Below are positions 45,278 to 54,556 of a stretch of 64,000 nucleotides of DNA, piece after piece. Under the pieces are notes generated by a model that had not been told where the DNA came from, searched no databases, and saw only the letters and a list, made by a program, of their open reading frames with translations. The first letter of the stretch is position 1, and each line of letters begins with the position of its first letter. Origin of the DNA: Rhodobacter sp. (lineage in GTDB: Bacteria; Pseudomonadota; Alphaproteobacteria; Rhodobacterales; Rhodobacteraceae); contig JAIXUH010000007.1 of the NCBI GenBank assembly GCA_027484145.1, forward strand, positions 291,647 to 355,646, read 5' to 3'. A program made the translations under genes and the position numbers.

Positions 45278-46420
45278 ATGGCGAACGTCCATATCCTCGA
45301 GTCCACGCTGACTGTCGCCGCCGCCCTTTCGCAGCTTCTGGCCCGTCGCCGGATCGCCGTGGAACGGGTCGCCACCGTGGGTGGCACCTGCCGCACCCTT
45401 GTGGTGTCAGACCGCGACGAGGTGGCACTGGGCGGGATGCGCGGGCTGGTCGAAAAGGCCCGTGCCACCGGGGCAAAGACATTGGTCGTTGTGACCGAAG
45501 GTGCCGCAACCTTTGCCATCACCGAAGATCTGGGCGGCCGCCTGCTGCGTGTTCAGGTTCCGGCCGCGCAGGCCGGTGTGCCGGCCATCCGTGATTGCGG
45601 CCTTCTGATGCTCAGCGATGTTGTCGCCTCGGGCATTCAGGCGATGGTCGCCGCCGACCCGGCCACGGGGCAGCTGATCGACCTTGCCGCCCGCGTGGCG
45701 CGCACAGATGTCACGGTGTTCATCAATGGCCCGACCGGTTCGGGCAAAGAGGTTCTGGCCCGTCAGGTCCATGCTGCCTCACGCCGCGCCGATGCGCCCT
45801 TTATCGCCATCAACTGCGCCGCCATTCCCGAAAACATGCTGGAAGCCATTCTGTTCGGCCATGAGAAAGGCGCCTTCACCGGCGCACAGGGCGCGAACAA
45901 GGGCATCATCCGCGCGGCCGAAGGCGGCACGCTGCTGCTGGACGAAGTGTCCGAAATGCCGATGGGCCTGCAGGCCAAACTTCTGCGTGTCCTGCAGGAA
46001 CGCAAGGTCACCCCGATTGGCGCCCAGACCGAAGTGGCGGTCGACATTCGCATCATCGCCACGTCAAACCGCGACATGGCCGAAGAAGTCCGCGCCCGCC
46101 GTTTTCGCGAAGACCTGTATTACCGCCTGAACGTGTTCCCGCTGGCCACCCGCGCGTTGGCGCTGCGCCCCGATGACATTCCGGTTCTGGCTGCCAGCCT
46201 TGTGCGCCGCCACAACCCCGCCAACCAGACCATGCCGATGATCACCACCGAGGCCATGTCGGCGCTGTGCGCCCACATCTGGCCGGGCAACGTGCGCGAA
46301 TTGGAAAACGTCATCCAGCGCGCCATCGTGCTGCATTGTGACGGCGTGATCCGTGCCGAAGACATCGTGATCGACGCGGGCACCTGCCTGCCGATCGAGT
46401 TGCTGGCACAAGCCGTCTGA
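45278..46420 (+). CDS. fleT: sigma54-dependent AAA+ activator lacking a C-terminal HTH (FleT-like)
   Basis: - Walker A GPTGSGKE.
- GAFTGA loop (HEKGAFTGAQ).
- Walker B GTLLLDEV.
- FREDLYYRLNVFP and GNVRELENVIQRAIVL motifs.
- The protein ends about 30 aa after the AAA+ domain, with no Fis-type HTH.
- It is the first gene before fliE, as fleT is in R. sphaeroides. Confidence 0.75.
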   Translation: MANVHILESTLTVAAALSQLLARRRIAVERVATVGGTCRTLVVSDRDEVALGGMRGLVEKARATGAKTLVVVTEGAATFAITEDLGGRLLRVQVPAAQAGVPAIRDCGLLMLSDVVASGIQAMVAADPATGQLIDLAARVARTDVTVFINGPTGSGKEVLARQVHAASRRADAPFIAINCAAIPENMLEAILFGHEKGAFTGAQGANKGIIRAAEGGTLLLDEVSEMPMGLQAKLLRVLQERKVTPIGAQTEVAVDIRIIATSNRDMAEEVRARRFREDLYYRLNVFPLATRALALRPDDIPVLAASLVRRHNPANQTMPMITTEAMSALCAHIWPGNVRELENVIQRAIVLHCDGVIRAEDIVIDAGTCLPIELLAQAV

Positions 46421-46442
46421 TCCACAGCCCGCAGGTTCAGCC

Positions 46443-46751
46443 ATGAGCATCACAGGCATCACCGGCAGTCTTCCGCCCTTTGTCGCGCAGCATACGCAAA
46501 CGACAACCCGCGTGGATGCCAAGGCCGAAGGCGGCGGCTTTGCCGAACGGATTGGCGATGCGGTCAAGGATCTGGCATCGGCCCAAGGCAAGGCGTCAGA
46601 CTCGGCCAAGGCCTATGAACTGGGCACCGAGACGGACCTGGCGTCGGTCATGGTAGACCAGCAGGTGGCGTCGCTTGGGTTTCAGATGGCCCTGAACGTG
46701 CGGAACAAGGCGCTTGGCGCTTATCGCGACATTATGAACATGCCGGTCTAA
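46443..46751 (+). CDS. fliE: flagellar hook-basal body protein FliE
   Basis: 102 aa. C-terminal DLASVMVDQQVASLGFQMALNVRNKALGAYRDIMNMPV. Confidence 0.9.
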   Translation: MSITGITGSLPPFVAQHTQTTTRVDAKAEGGGFAERIGDAVKDLASAQGKASDSAKAYELGTETDLASVMVDQQVASLGFQMALNVRNKALGAYRDIMNMPV

Positions 46752-46791
46752 AGCCGGTCCGTTCCCCCAACAGCAAGGCAGAGCTTTCCTC

Positions 46792-48525
46792 ATGGTGATG
46801 ACACCGAACCCGCCGTCGAATGCGCTTCGCCCCGGCAATGCCGTGATGGCACGGGCACAGGGCCTAATGTCGCATCTGGGGGGCGTTACGCAGCAGCCGT
46901 CCGTGCGCCGTGCCCTGCCTGCAATCCTGATCGTGTCGGTCACGGGGATTGCGCTTGCCCTGTGGCTTCTGGCGTCCGAGGCGCCGCAGCGCGCGGTGTT
47001 CCCCGGCATGGCCGAAGGCGAAAAGGCCAAGGTTGTCGAAGCGCTCAGCCTTGCCGGCATTCCCGCCGAGATTGACCCTGTGTCGGGCGAGGTCGAGGTG
47101 ACCCGCGATGACTACTACAGGGCCCGCATGGCCCTGGCCACGGCGGGATTGCCCGCAGATGTGCCGGGCGGTGATGCAGTTCTGACCGATATGCCCATGG
47201 GCACCAGCCGTTCGGTCGAGGCGGCAAAGCTTCGGCAGGCGCAGGAAATTGAACTGTCGCGATCCATCATGGAAATCGCCGATGTGACCGCCGCGCGGAT
47301 TCATCTGGCGCTGCCGGAAAAATCAGCCTTCCTGCGGGAAACCGCACCGCCGCGCGCCTCGGTGTTTTTGCAACTGGCCCGTGGCCGCGTCATCGCGCCC
47401 GGTCAGGTCGAGGCAATTGTGAACCTTGTCGCCAGTTCAGTGCCCGGCATGGCGCGGCAAGATGTGACCGTAGTGGATCAGACCGGAAACCTGTTGTCGC
47501 GGGGCAGCGATGATCCGGGTTCCTTGGCCAATGACCGCCAGTTGCAGCAGCGGCTGGAGGTGGAGAACCTGTATCGCCAGCGGATCGAGGCGCTTTTGAC
47601 CCCCATCGCCGGGCCGGGCAATCTGTCTGTGCAGGTGACCGTCGCGATGGATTTCACCCGGTCCGAGATCCGGTCCGAACGGGTTGATCCCAACGGGTCG
47701 GTTCTGCGCAGCGAACAAAGCAACCTGCAGGAAAGCCACGAAGAGGTCGCGCGCGGCATTCCCGGTGCCGTCAGCAACACGCCACCGCCGGAAAACCAGT
47801 TGTCCAATAACGCGCCCGATGCCGCCGTAGCCGAAGACACGGCCGCCCCAACACAAGCAGACGGCAAACCCCGCAACCGCACCTCCGGCTCAACCCGCAA
47901 CTACGAAGTCAGCCGCACGACAGAAACCACCGTGCCGCAATCGGCCCGCGTGACCAAGATCAACGCGGCCATCGTGGTGCGTGATGTCATCACCCCTGCT
48001 GCCGAAGAAGGTGGCGAGCCGACGTCGTCGATCCCGGCCGAATTGCTGGCCGACATGGAAAAGCTGGCCCAGACGGCCATCGGGTTCGAGGCCGAGCGTG
48101 GCGACAGCGTCACCGTTCTGGCCCGCCCGTTCCTTGACCAGATTGAAGCGCCCGAGGCCGGGATGCTCGAAGCACCCTGGCTGCCCGATGCGCTGCGCCA
48201 GTTCGGCCTGCTGGCCGCCCTTGCTATCATCGCCTTTGGCATTGTGCGCCCGCTTTTGCAAAAGGTTCTGTTTGCCGGCGAAGGCCGCACTTCGGCCACA
48301 GGCAACGACGATGACGCGGTCGAGGTTCAGGAAGGCGAGTCACTGGATCAGGTGCGCGCCCGTCTGAAAGCCCGCCAAGGTGCTCTGACCAAGAACATGC
48401 TGGATGCGGCCAAGTCGCATGACGAACAGATCGCCGTGATCCGCCGACTGGTTGACGAAGATGCAGGCCGCATCGCCGGCACCTTCCGCCAGTTGATTGC
48501 CCCCGAACTCGATACCGTCAGCTAA
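46792..48525 (+). CDS. fliF: flagellar MS-ring protein FliF
   Basis: 577 aa with an N-terminal TM helix. YYRARMALATAGLP, IHLALPEKSAFLRE and a second TM near the C terminus. Position is fliE-fliF-fliG. Confidence 0.95.
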   Translation: MVMTPNPPSNALRPGNAVMARAQGLMSHLGGVTQQPSVRRALPAILIVSVTGIALALWLLASEAPQRAVFPGMAEGEKAKVVEALSLAGIPAEIDPVSGEVEVTRDDYYRARMALATAGLPADVPGGDAVLTDMPMGTSRSVEAAKLRQAQEIELSRSIMEIADVTAARIHLALPEKSAFLRETAPPRASVFLQLARGRVIAPGQVEAIVNLVASSVPGMARQDVTVVDQTGNLLSRGSDDPGSLANDRQLQQRLEVENLYRQRIEALLTPIAGPGNLSVQVTVAMDFTRSEIRSERVDPNGSVLRSEQSNLQESHEEVARGIPGAVSNTPPPENQLSNNAPDAAVAEDTAAPTQADGKPRNRTSGSTRNYEVSRTTETTVPQSARVTKINAAIVVRDVITPAAEEGGEPTSSIPAELLADMEKLAQTAIGFEAERGDSVTVLARPFLDQIEAPEAGMLEAPWLPDALRQFGLLAALAIIAFGIVRPLLQKVLFAGEGRTSATGNDDDAVEVQEGESLDQVRARLKARQGALTKNMLDAAKSHDEQIAVIRRLVDEDAGRIAGTFRQLIAPELDTVS

Positions 48526-48537
48526 GGGGCGCAGGCC

Positions 48538-49560
48538 ATGGCCGTAAAGGGCAACGCACAGTTCAAGACCTTGTCGGGCACGCAAAAGGCCGCGATCCTG
48601 ATGATGTTGTTCGGCGAAGAAACCGCCGCCAAGATCATGCGGAACCTTTCCCCGCGTGAGGTGCAGCACCTTGGCGCAGCCATGTATTCGGTACGTGGCG
48701 TCGATCAGGATACGGTGTCGCTGGTTCTGGAAGATTTCCTTGAGACCCTTGGCCTGCAAACCGGGCTTGGCTTTGGCGCGGGCAATTATGTGCGGTCGGT
48801 CCTTTCGCACGCCTTTGGCGACGACAAGGCCCAAACTGTGCTGTCGCGCATCGGGCAATCCAGTTCGGAACGACCGCTGGAGATACTGGACTGGATGGAT
48901 GCCCCGTCGATTGCCGAACTGCTGTTCGACGAACATCCGCAGATCATGGCCCTGACCATCGCCTGCCTTGACTATTCGCTGGGGGCATCGGTTCTGCAAC
49001 TGCTGCCCGATACCGTTCAGTCCGAAGTCGTGCGCCGCATCGCTACGCTGAACACCGTGCAACCCGAGGCGCTGCGTGATCTTGAGATCGTGATGCAGCG
49101 CAAGTTCAAGGATTCCACCACCTCACGTGCCAGCCAGATCGGTGGCGTGAAAGCCTCGGCCCGGATCATGAACTTTGCCAAGTCCGACATGGAAAGCCGT
49201 GTCCTGAAAGACATCCGCAAAGAGGACAAGGATCTGATGCAGGCCATTCAGGACAACATGTTTGTCTTCGACAATCTGGTGAAGTCGGACGAACGGTCGC
49301 TGCAGACCCTGCTCAGAAGTGTCGAGCAGGACATTCTGGTGATGTCGCTGAAGGGTGCGGACGAGATGCTGCGCGAAAAGCTTTTGCGCTGCATGTCCAC
49401 CCGCGCCGCCGCCAACGTCCGCGACGAGATGGAGGCGCTTGGCCCGGTGCGGCTGTCCGATGTCCAAGAGGCACAAAAGGCAATCATCGCCGTGGCGCGG
49501 CGGCTTTCCGACGAAGGCACGATCGTGCTGGCCGGTCGCGGCGGCGAGCAGATGGTGTAA
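48538..49560 (+). CDS. fliG: flagellar motor switch protein FliG
   Basis: LSGTQKAAILMMLFGEETAAKIMRNLSPREVQHLG. C-terminal torque helix region MSTRAAANVRDEMEALGPVRLSDVQEAQKAII. Confidence 0.95.
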   Translation: MAVKGNAQFKTLSGTQKAAILMMLFGEETAAKIMRNLSPREVQHLGAAMYSVRGVDQDTVSLVLEDFLETLGLQTGLGFGAGNYVRSVLSHAFGDDKAQTVLSRIGQSSSERPLEILDWMDAPSIAELLFDEHPQIMALTIACLDYSLGASVLQLLPDTVQSEVVRRIATLNTVQPEALRDLEIVMQRKFKDSTTSRASQIGGVKASARIMNFAKSDMESRVLKDIRKEDKDLMQAIQDNMFVFDNLVKSDERSLQTLLRSVEQDILVMSLKGADEMLREKLLRCMSTRAAANVRDEMEALGPVRLSDVQEAQKAIIAVARRLSDEGTIVLAGRGGEQMV

Positions 49561-49563
49561 CCC

Positions 49564-50340
49564 ATGTCCCAGCAAAACGCCCCCGTCATCAGCCCAACCG
49601 ACCTTGCCGCGATCATCGGCAAATCGCAGGGCAAGGGCTTTACTCCCGGCGGCCACACCCGCCCGCAGGCCAATGCTGCCTTTACTCCGGCGAATTTTGC
49701 CGCCTCGGCCCGTGTGATCGAGCTGGCGCCGACTTTCGACGACACCGAACCGCACCACCACCGGGTTGCCGAAGGCTTTGCCCCGGCGCATGATCTTTCG
49801 CCAACGCCGCATCAGCCGCGCAATGTCGATGCCGAAATCGCGGCCGCAAGGGTCGAGGGCAAGCAAGCCGGGCTGGCCGAAGGTCTGGCACAGGGCCTGG
49901 CCAAAGGCCGCGCCGATGCCTTGGCCGAAGCCGCCCAAGCGCAAGACCACGCCCTGACCGCCGCACGCGACACCTTCCTTCGGGCCGCCGCTGCCCTGTC
50001 ATCACCCGAAGGCGTGTTGCCCGAAGCCTTTGCCCAAGACCTTGACCGCGCTGTGCGCCGCCTTGCGGCCGAGCGTGCGGGTATGGCGATTGACGCGCAC
50101 CCTGCAGCCTTTCTGTCGCGCATCACGCTGTTGGCGGATCGCGTGGCCCAAGGTATCCGCAGCATCACCATTGCCCTGCACCCCCAAGACCACACCACCC
50201 TGATGGCGCATCTGAGCGGCACAGCAGCGATGGATGGGGCGGCCCTTGTGCCTGATGCCCGCCTGTCACGCGGCGATGTGGTGGTGACGGGCCCCGCCAT
50301 CCGCGTGGCCGATCTGTTGAACGGGGAAGATGCCGCATGA
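49564..50340 (+). CDS. fliH: flagellar export ATPase regulator FliH
   Basis: Position between fliG and fliI. Ala/Glu-rich coiled region (AEGLAQGLAKGRADALAEAAQAQ). C-terminal ARLSRGDVVV. Confidence 0.75.
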   Translation: MSQQNAPVISPTDLAAIIGKSQGKGFTPGGHTRPQANAAFTPANFAASARVIELAPTFDDTEPHHHRVAEGFAPAHDLSPTPHQPRNVDAEIAAARVEGKQAGLAEGLAQGLAKGRADALAEAAQAQDHALTAARDTFLRAAAALSSPEGVLPEAFAQDLDRAVRRLAAERAGMAIDAHPAAFLSRITLLADRVAQGIRSITIALHPQDHTTLMAHLSGTAAMDGAALVPDARLSRGDVVVTGPAIRVADLLNGEDAA

Positions 50341-51671
50341 CTGCGATGACACGCCACCTTGCAGGCCGCCTTGACCGCATCCGCGCGCCCGAACCCGCCA
50401 TCTCGGGGCGCGTGCTGCGCTATGACGGTCTGCTGTTGGAAAGCTCCGGCTTTCCGGCCAGCCCGGGCACCCTGGCCCGCGTTACCACCCAATCGGGCAC
50501 TGAGGTGCAGGCCGAAGTGATCGGCTATGCCAAGGGCAACAACCTGCTGTTCTGCGACCAGCCCAATGCCCCGATCGAAGCGGGTGCACGAGTGCGCGTC
50601 GTGCCGGGCGGCCAGCATGCCGATGTCGGCCCCGCCCTTCTGGGCCGCGTGGTAGATGCAGAAGGCGAACCGTTGGACGGCCTGCCCCACCCCGCCACGA
50701 CCGCGATCTGGCCACTGGCTGGCAAGCTGATGAACCCCCTTGCCCGTCAGGGTGTGACCGAACCGCTGGATGTGGGCGTTCGCATCATCAACGCGGCCCT
50801 GACCGTAGGGCGCGGGCAGCGCGTGGGCATCATCGCGGGCTCGGGCGTTGGCAAATCGGTGCTGATCGAGATGATGACCCGCTACACCGCCGCCGAAGTG
50901 GTGGTGGTGGGCCTGATCGGTGAACGGGCGCGCGAAGTGGGGGCCTTTGTCGGCAAGGTGATGACGGGCGAGGCGGCAAAGAAGGTGTGCATGGTCGCCG
51001 TGCCAGCCGACCGCTCGCCCCTGATGCGGATTCGTGCAGCGCGCCGCGCCACAGCGATTGCCGAATACTTCCGAGATCAGGGCAAACAGGTTCTCTTGAT
51101 CATGGACAGCCTGACCCGCGTGGCCCATGCGCAGCGCGAGGTGGGCCTTGCCCTTGGCGAACAACCCACGGCCAAGGGCTATCCGCCATCGGTCGTATCG
51201 ATGATCCCCAGCCTGATCGAACGCACCGGGCCGGGGCTAAAGGGTCAGGGCGCCATTACCGCCGTCTACACGGTTCTGGCCGATGGCGATGACACCACCA
51301 ATGACCCTGTGGTTGACACCGCCCGCGCCATTCTGGACGGTCACTTTGTCCTTTCGCGGCGGCAAACGCAGATGGGCGTCTATCCGGCCATTGACCTGCC
51401 GCAATCGGTCAGCCGCGTGATGACCGACATCGTCTCACCCGCGCACAACAAGGCCGCGCAAAAGCTGCGGCGCATGATCTCGCTTTACATGGAAAACCGC
51501 GACCTGATGCTGATGGGCGGCTACACCGCCGGGCAAGACCGCGAGTTGGACGAGGCCATTCAGTTGTGGCCGTCGATCCTTGATCTGATCAAGCAAGGCG
51601 CGCACGACCCCGCCACACTCGCGGACAGCGCCGCCGCCTTGACGGCCCTTGCCGGGGGCAACACCCCATGA
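50337..51671 (+). CDS. fliI: flagellum-specific ATPase FliI
   Basis: Walker A GSGVGKSVL, Walker B VLLIMDSLTR, and SITAVYTVLADGDD-like ITAVYTVLADGDDTNDP. Confidence 0.95.
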   Translation: MTAMTRHLAGRLDRIRAPEPAISGRVLRYDGLLLESSGFPASPGTLARVTTQSGTEVQAEVIGYAKGNNLLFCDQPNAPIEAGARVRVVPGGQHADVGPALLGRVVDAEGEPLDGLPHPATTAIWPLAGKLMNPLARQGVTEPLDVGVRIINAALTVGRGQRVGIIAGSGVGKSVLIEMMTRYTAAEVVVVGLIGERAREVGAFVGKVMTGEAAKKVCMVAVPADRSPLMRIRAARRATAIAEYFRDQGKQVLLIMDSLTRVAHAQREVGLALGEQPTAKGYPPSVVSMIPSLIERTGPGLKGQGAITAVYTVLADGDDTTNDPVVDTARAILDGHFVLSRRQTQMGVYPAIDLPQSVSRVMTDIVSPAHNKAAQKLRRMISLYMENRDLMLMGGYTAGQDRELDEAIQLWPSILDLIKQGAHDPATLADSAAALTALAGGNTP

Positions 51672-52081
51672 CCGAACGCAGCCGCCTGATCGGCCTGATG
51701 GCCAAGCGTGAGGCCGCCCAACTCGCCGATGCGCGCCGTGGATTTGCCGCCGTCGTCAAGCAGCAGCAGGCGGCAGAAAACATGTCGCAGCGGCTGGATG
51801 ACCTGCTGAATCAGCGCCGTCTTGGGTCGGCGGGGGCCATGTCGGTGGCCGACCTGCGCGAACATCGCCGCTTGTCAGACCAGATTGCCGCCGAAGCGGC
51901 CCGCAATCGCCTGCGCGCCCAGCAACTGAAGGCCGAGGTTGACGCCGCCGCCGAAGAACTGGCCCGCAAGGACCATCGCAAGCGCGTGCTGGACGATGCG
52001 GCGCAAACCGCCCGCCACAGCGAGGCGCAAGAGCGCGAGAACCGTCGCGAAGCCGCAAGCAGCCCGCGCATCCGGCGCTGA
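51668..52081 (+). CDS. fliJ: flagellar export protein FliJ
   Basis: 137-aa coiled-coil protein following fliI with a 4-nt overlap. Heptad-rich, Arg/Gln/Ala composition. Confidence 0.7.
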   Translation: MTERSRLIGLMAKREAAQLADARRGFAAVVKQQQAAENMSQRLDDLLNQRRLGSAGAMSVADLREHRRLSDQIAAEAARNRLRAQQLKAEVDAAAEELARKDHRKRVLDDAAQTARHSEAQERENRREAASSPRIRR

Positions 52082-52097
52082 TGGCACCGATCTTGCA
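52082..52097 (+). promoter_or_regulatory. sigma54 (-24/-12) promoter for fliK-fliLMN
   Basis: TGGCACCGATCTTGCA has exact TGGCAC-N5-TTGCA spacing. It starts one nt after the fliJ stop and lies 28 nt upstream of the fliK ATG. Confidence 0.65.
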
Positions 52098-52124
52098 TCA
52101 AGCCCGCAGACAAGGGACCTTCCG

Positions 52125-54524
52125 ATGACACAACGCACTGATCTGCACCATCATCAGCCGAATCCGATGGCCGCTTTGCTGGCCGCGCTGGAAACGGCTG
52201 GCCCGACCGCCGATGTGGCGCGCACTGACGCGCCCGCGACGGACCCCGCCCTTTTTGCGGCGATGATGGCGCAGATGTCGGCGGTCCCGGCAAAGCCTGT
52301 GCAGATGCTGCCCGACTCTCTCCCAACCGGAACATCCGCTCTGAATGAAACAGATGAGCTTCCGGCCCTGTCAGAATTCATGACTGCCCTTTCACAAATG
52401 GAAATGCGGCTGGCCTCCTTGCCATCTGATGCCCCCGTGCTGCCGGCCCGGATTCTGGTGCAAGGCAACATTACGGTTGAAGCTCCTGTGTCCCAAGCAG
52501 GGCCGCCCACGGATGTTGCTCAGCCTGCCACAGAGGCAACTGCCGAAACGCTGGCGCAGGCCCTTTTGCAGCAGCAGGGCCAACCCATGCCGCTGCCCAA
52601 GGCCGAAACGCCGCCCTCGCAACTGCCTGATGCCATTTTGTCGGACGACGGTCAGGCCCCCTCGCCCGATCAGCGGCTGGCGGCGGCCTTGGACCAGTTG
52701 TTGCCCACATCGAACGCTGATCCACTGGCAAAGGGCCTTTTGGAACAGCCGCTTACCACCATTCCGGTTACAGGGGCCGACCCCCGGACCCCTATCCTAC
52801 CGGATGCCACGGTGTCTGACATCAACGCGGCCCCGATGCCGGATCAGCCGCAGCCAGAGATGGCAGTCCTGCCTTTGCCTGCAGCGAACGCCGACCCGCT
52901 GGTGCAGGGCCAGATGCCACCGCCGCCCATGCAGCCAATGGCGCTTCCTGTTGCCACGCCCAATGCGATGCCCGTTGCGATGCCTGTGACCCAAGCACCG
53001 CGCACCGAGTTGGTGACGCCAACTCTTCGCTCCGGCGATGATGCACCTGCCCCGGTGGTTGATGCGGGATCGGCGCCGCAGGCACCCGCGCCACGCAGCG
53101 ACCGCCCGGCGTTTGCCGAAAACAGCCCTGTCGTCGCAGCCCCTCAACCGCGGGCAGATGGGGCAATGCCCTCCACTCCGGCCCAGCCGGTGATGACGGC
53201 ACCGCAAGAGCCCGTCGCCGCACCCGTCATTAGCCAGACGGTTGCTCCACACCGACCCGCAGCAACCGCAGTTGAATTGCCGCCTGGTCCGATCCTGACC
53301 GCGGCGGCACTGGCCACGCAAAACACGGCAATCCCCCCCGCAATGCCGCGCGACCAGATGGCTGCGCCGACCGTTGCACCCTTGGCCGCCGCCCCGCAGC
53401 CCGCGCCCGAGCAGCCCACGTCGCTGCCGCCCATGTCGCCGCTGCCCGCCGCTCCGCAGCCCACGTCCACGCAGCCCAATGCGTCACAGCCCGCATCACT
53501 GCAGCCCACACCCATTCAACCCACATCCCCGCAGCCCGCGTCCCCACGACCGGCGCCCGAAATGACAGTCGCCCCCGCGACCGTCGCCCCCGTCTCCGTC
53601 GCCCCCGCCTCCGTTACCCCCGTCTCCTTCTCCCCCGTCTCCGTCACGCCAACCACCGTCGCCCCCGTGACCCCGCAAGTCACCGCGGCACCGGCGTGGG
53701 TCCCTGCGCAAGCACGGCCGGTGGCGCAAGCGTCCGCCGCACCCGCCTCCAGCGCGAAGGCGCCCTCCGGACACGTATCAGACACCGCTGCCCCTGCACC
53801 GGACTCTGCGGCCGCACCCGTGGCTCAGCCCACGGTCGCGGCGGGCACAACGGCCAACCCGGCCATTGCACCACCACCCGCGTTCCTGCCCCCCGAAGCA
53901 CCACGCCATTCGGCCCTTGACCATCGCAGCGCAGACCGCAGCGCACCTGCAACCGAGGGGCTGACACCCCGCGTGGCCGAGCCTGTTCTTGAGACGCGTG
54001 TCGAAACGCCGACCAATGCCCCCGTCAATGCCACCACGGCCAACTCTGATGCCTTTGCGCAGGCCCTGACCGAGGCAGGCGCTCCATCCCCCGATGCCAT
54101 GACCGAACCGGACCAGCCGCCGCCGCCTGCCCCGGTTGCGATGGATCAGCCGGATTGGGAAAGCAAGGTCGTGGACATGGTCACGGCCCAGATGACCGCC
54201 GATGGTGCGGTGATTGAAATCACGCTGTCGCCCGAAAACCTTGGCAATGTCGAAGTGCGGGTCGAACTGCGCGACGGTGCGGCCGAAGTCCGGTTCGTGA
54301 CCGAAACGCGCGAAGCAGCCCAAGCCTTTACCGCATCGGAAAGCCGCCTTGCCGAATTGTTGCAGCGCAACGGACTTAGCCTGTCCGGACAGGATTCGTC
54401 CCAGCGTCAGCGTCAGGATAGCGCGCAAGGAAATGGAACTGGCACGGGCGGCCGACGGTCGGCCGAACCTGACAGCACCCCTGAAAGCACCCGCCAGACC
54501 GGCCGGGTCAACCTGATCGCCTGA
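52125..54524 (+). CDS. fliK: hook-length control protein FliK (long, Pro/Ala-rich)
   Basis: 799 aa from the ATG at 52125. C-terminal Flg_hook domain (WESKVVDMVTAQMTADGAVIEITLSPENLGNVEVRVELRDGAAEVRFVTETREAAQAF). Central low-complexity P/A/Q/T/V region. The upstream part of the tracked ORF overlaps fliJ and is rejected. Confidence 0.85.
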   Translation: MTQRTDLHHHQPNPMAALLAALETAGPTADVARTDAPATDPALFAAMMAQMSAVPAKPVQMLPDSLPTGTSALNETDELPALSEFMTALSQMEMRLASLPSDAPVLPARILVQGNITVEAPVSQAGPPTDVAQPATEATAETLAQALLQQQGQPMPLPKAETPPSQLPDAILSDDGQAPSPDQRLAAALDQLLPTSNADPLAKGLLEQPLTTIPVTGADPRTPILPDATVSDINAAPMPDQPQPEMAVLPLPAANADPLVQGQMPPPPMQPMALPVATPNAMPVAMPVTQAPRTELVTPTLRSGDDAPAPVVDAGSAPQAPAPRSDRPAFAENSPVVAAPQPRADGAMPSTPAQPVMTAPQEPVAAPVISQTVAPHRPAATAVELPPGPILTAAALATQNTAIPPAMPRDQMAAPTVAPLAAAPQPAPEQPTSLPPMSPLPAAPQPTSTQPNASQPASLQPTPIQPTSPQPASPRPAPEMTVAPATVAPVSVAPASVTPVSFSPVSVTPTTVAPVTPQVTAAPAWVPAQARPVAQASAAPASSAKAPSGHVSDTAAPAPDSAAAPVAQPTVAAGTTANPAIAPPPAFLPPEAPRHSALDHRSADRSAPATEGLTPRVAEPVLETRVETPTNAPVNATTANSDAFAQALTEAGAPSPDAMTEPDQPPPPAPVAMDQPDWESKVVDMVTAQMTADGAVIEITLSPENLGNVEVRVELRDGAAEVRFVTETREAAQAFTASESRLAELLQRNGLSLSGQDSSQRQRQDSAQGNGTGTGGRRSAEPDSTPESTRQTGRVNLIA

Positions 54525-54556
54525 ACAGCCCGGCCCATGGGGCCCCCGAGGACAAG

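Noticed and set aside
49812-51164. 450-aa minus-strand ORF across fliH/fliI. Similar long antisense ORFs are 55391-56392, 59854-60678, 20297-21274, 23052-24092, 28979-30031 and 61532-62716
   Set aside because: All lie opposite genes with strong family motifs. They have no recognisable domains and show the Arg/Gly/Pro/His bias of non-coding frames in GC-rich sequence.
53370-53700. Repetitive Pro-rich DNA in fliK as a possible CRISPR array or tandem-repeat element
   Set aside because: The repeats are imperfect and in-frame, and they encode the FliK low-complexity linker. There is no repeat-spacer periodicity and no cas genes.
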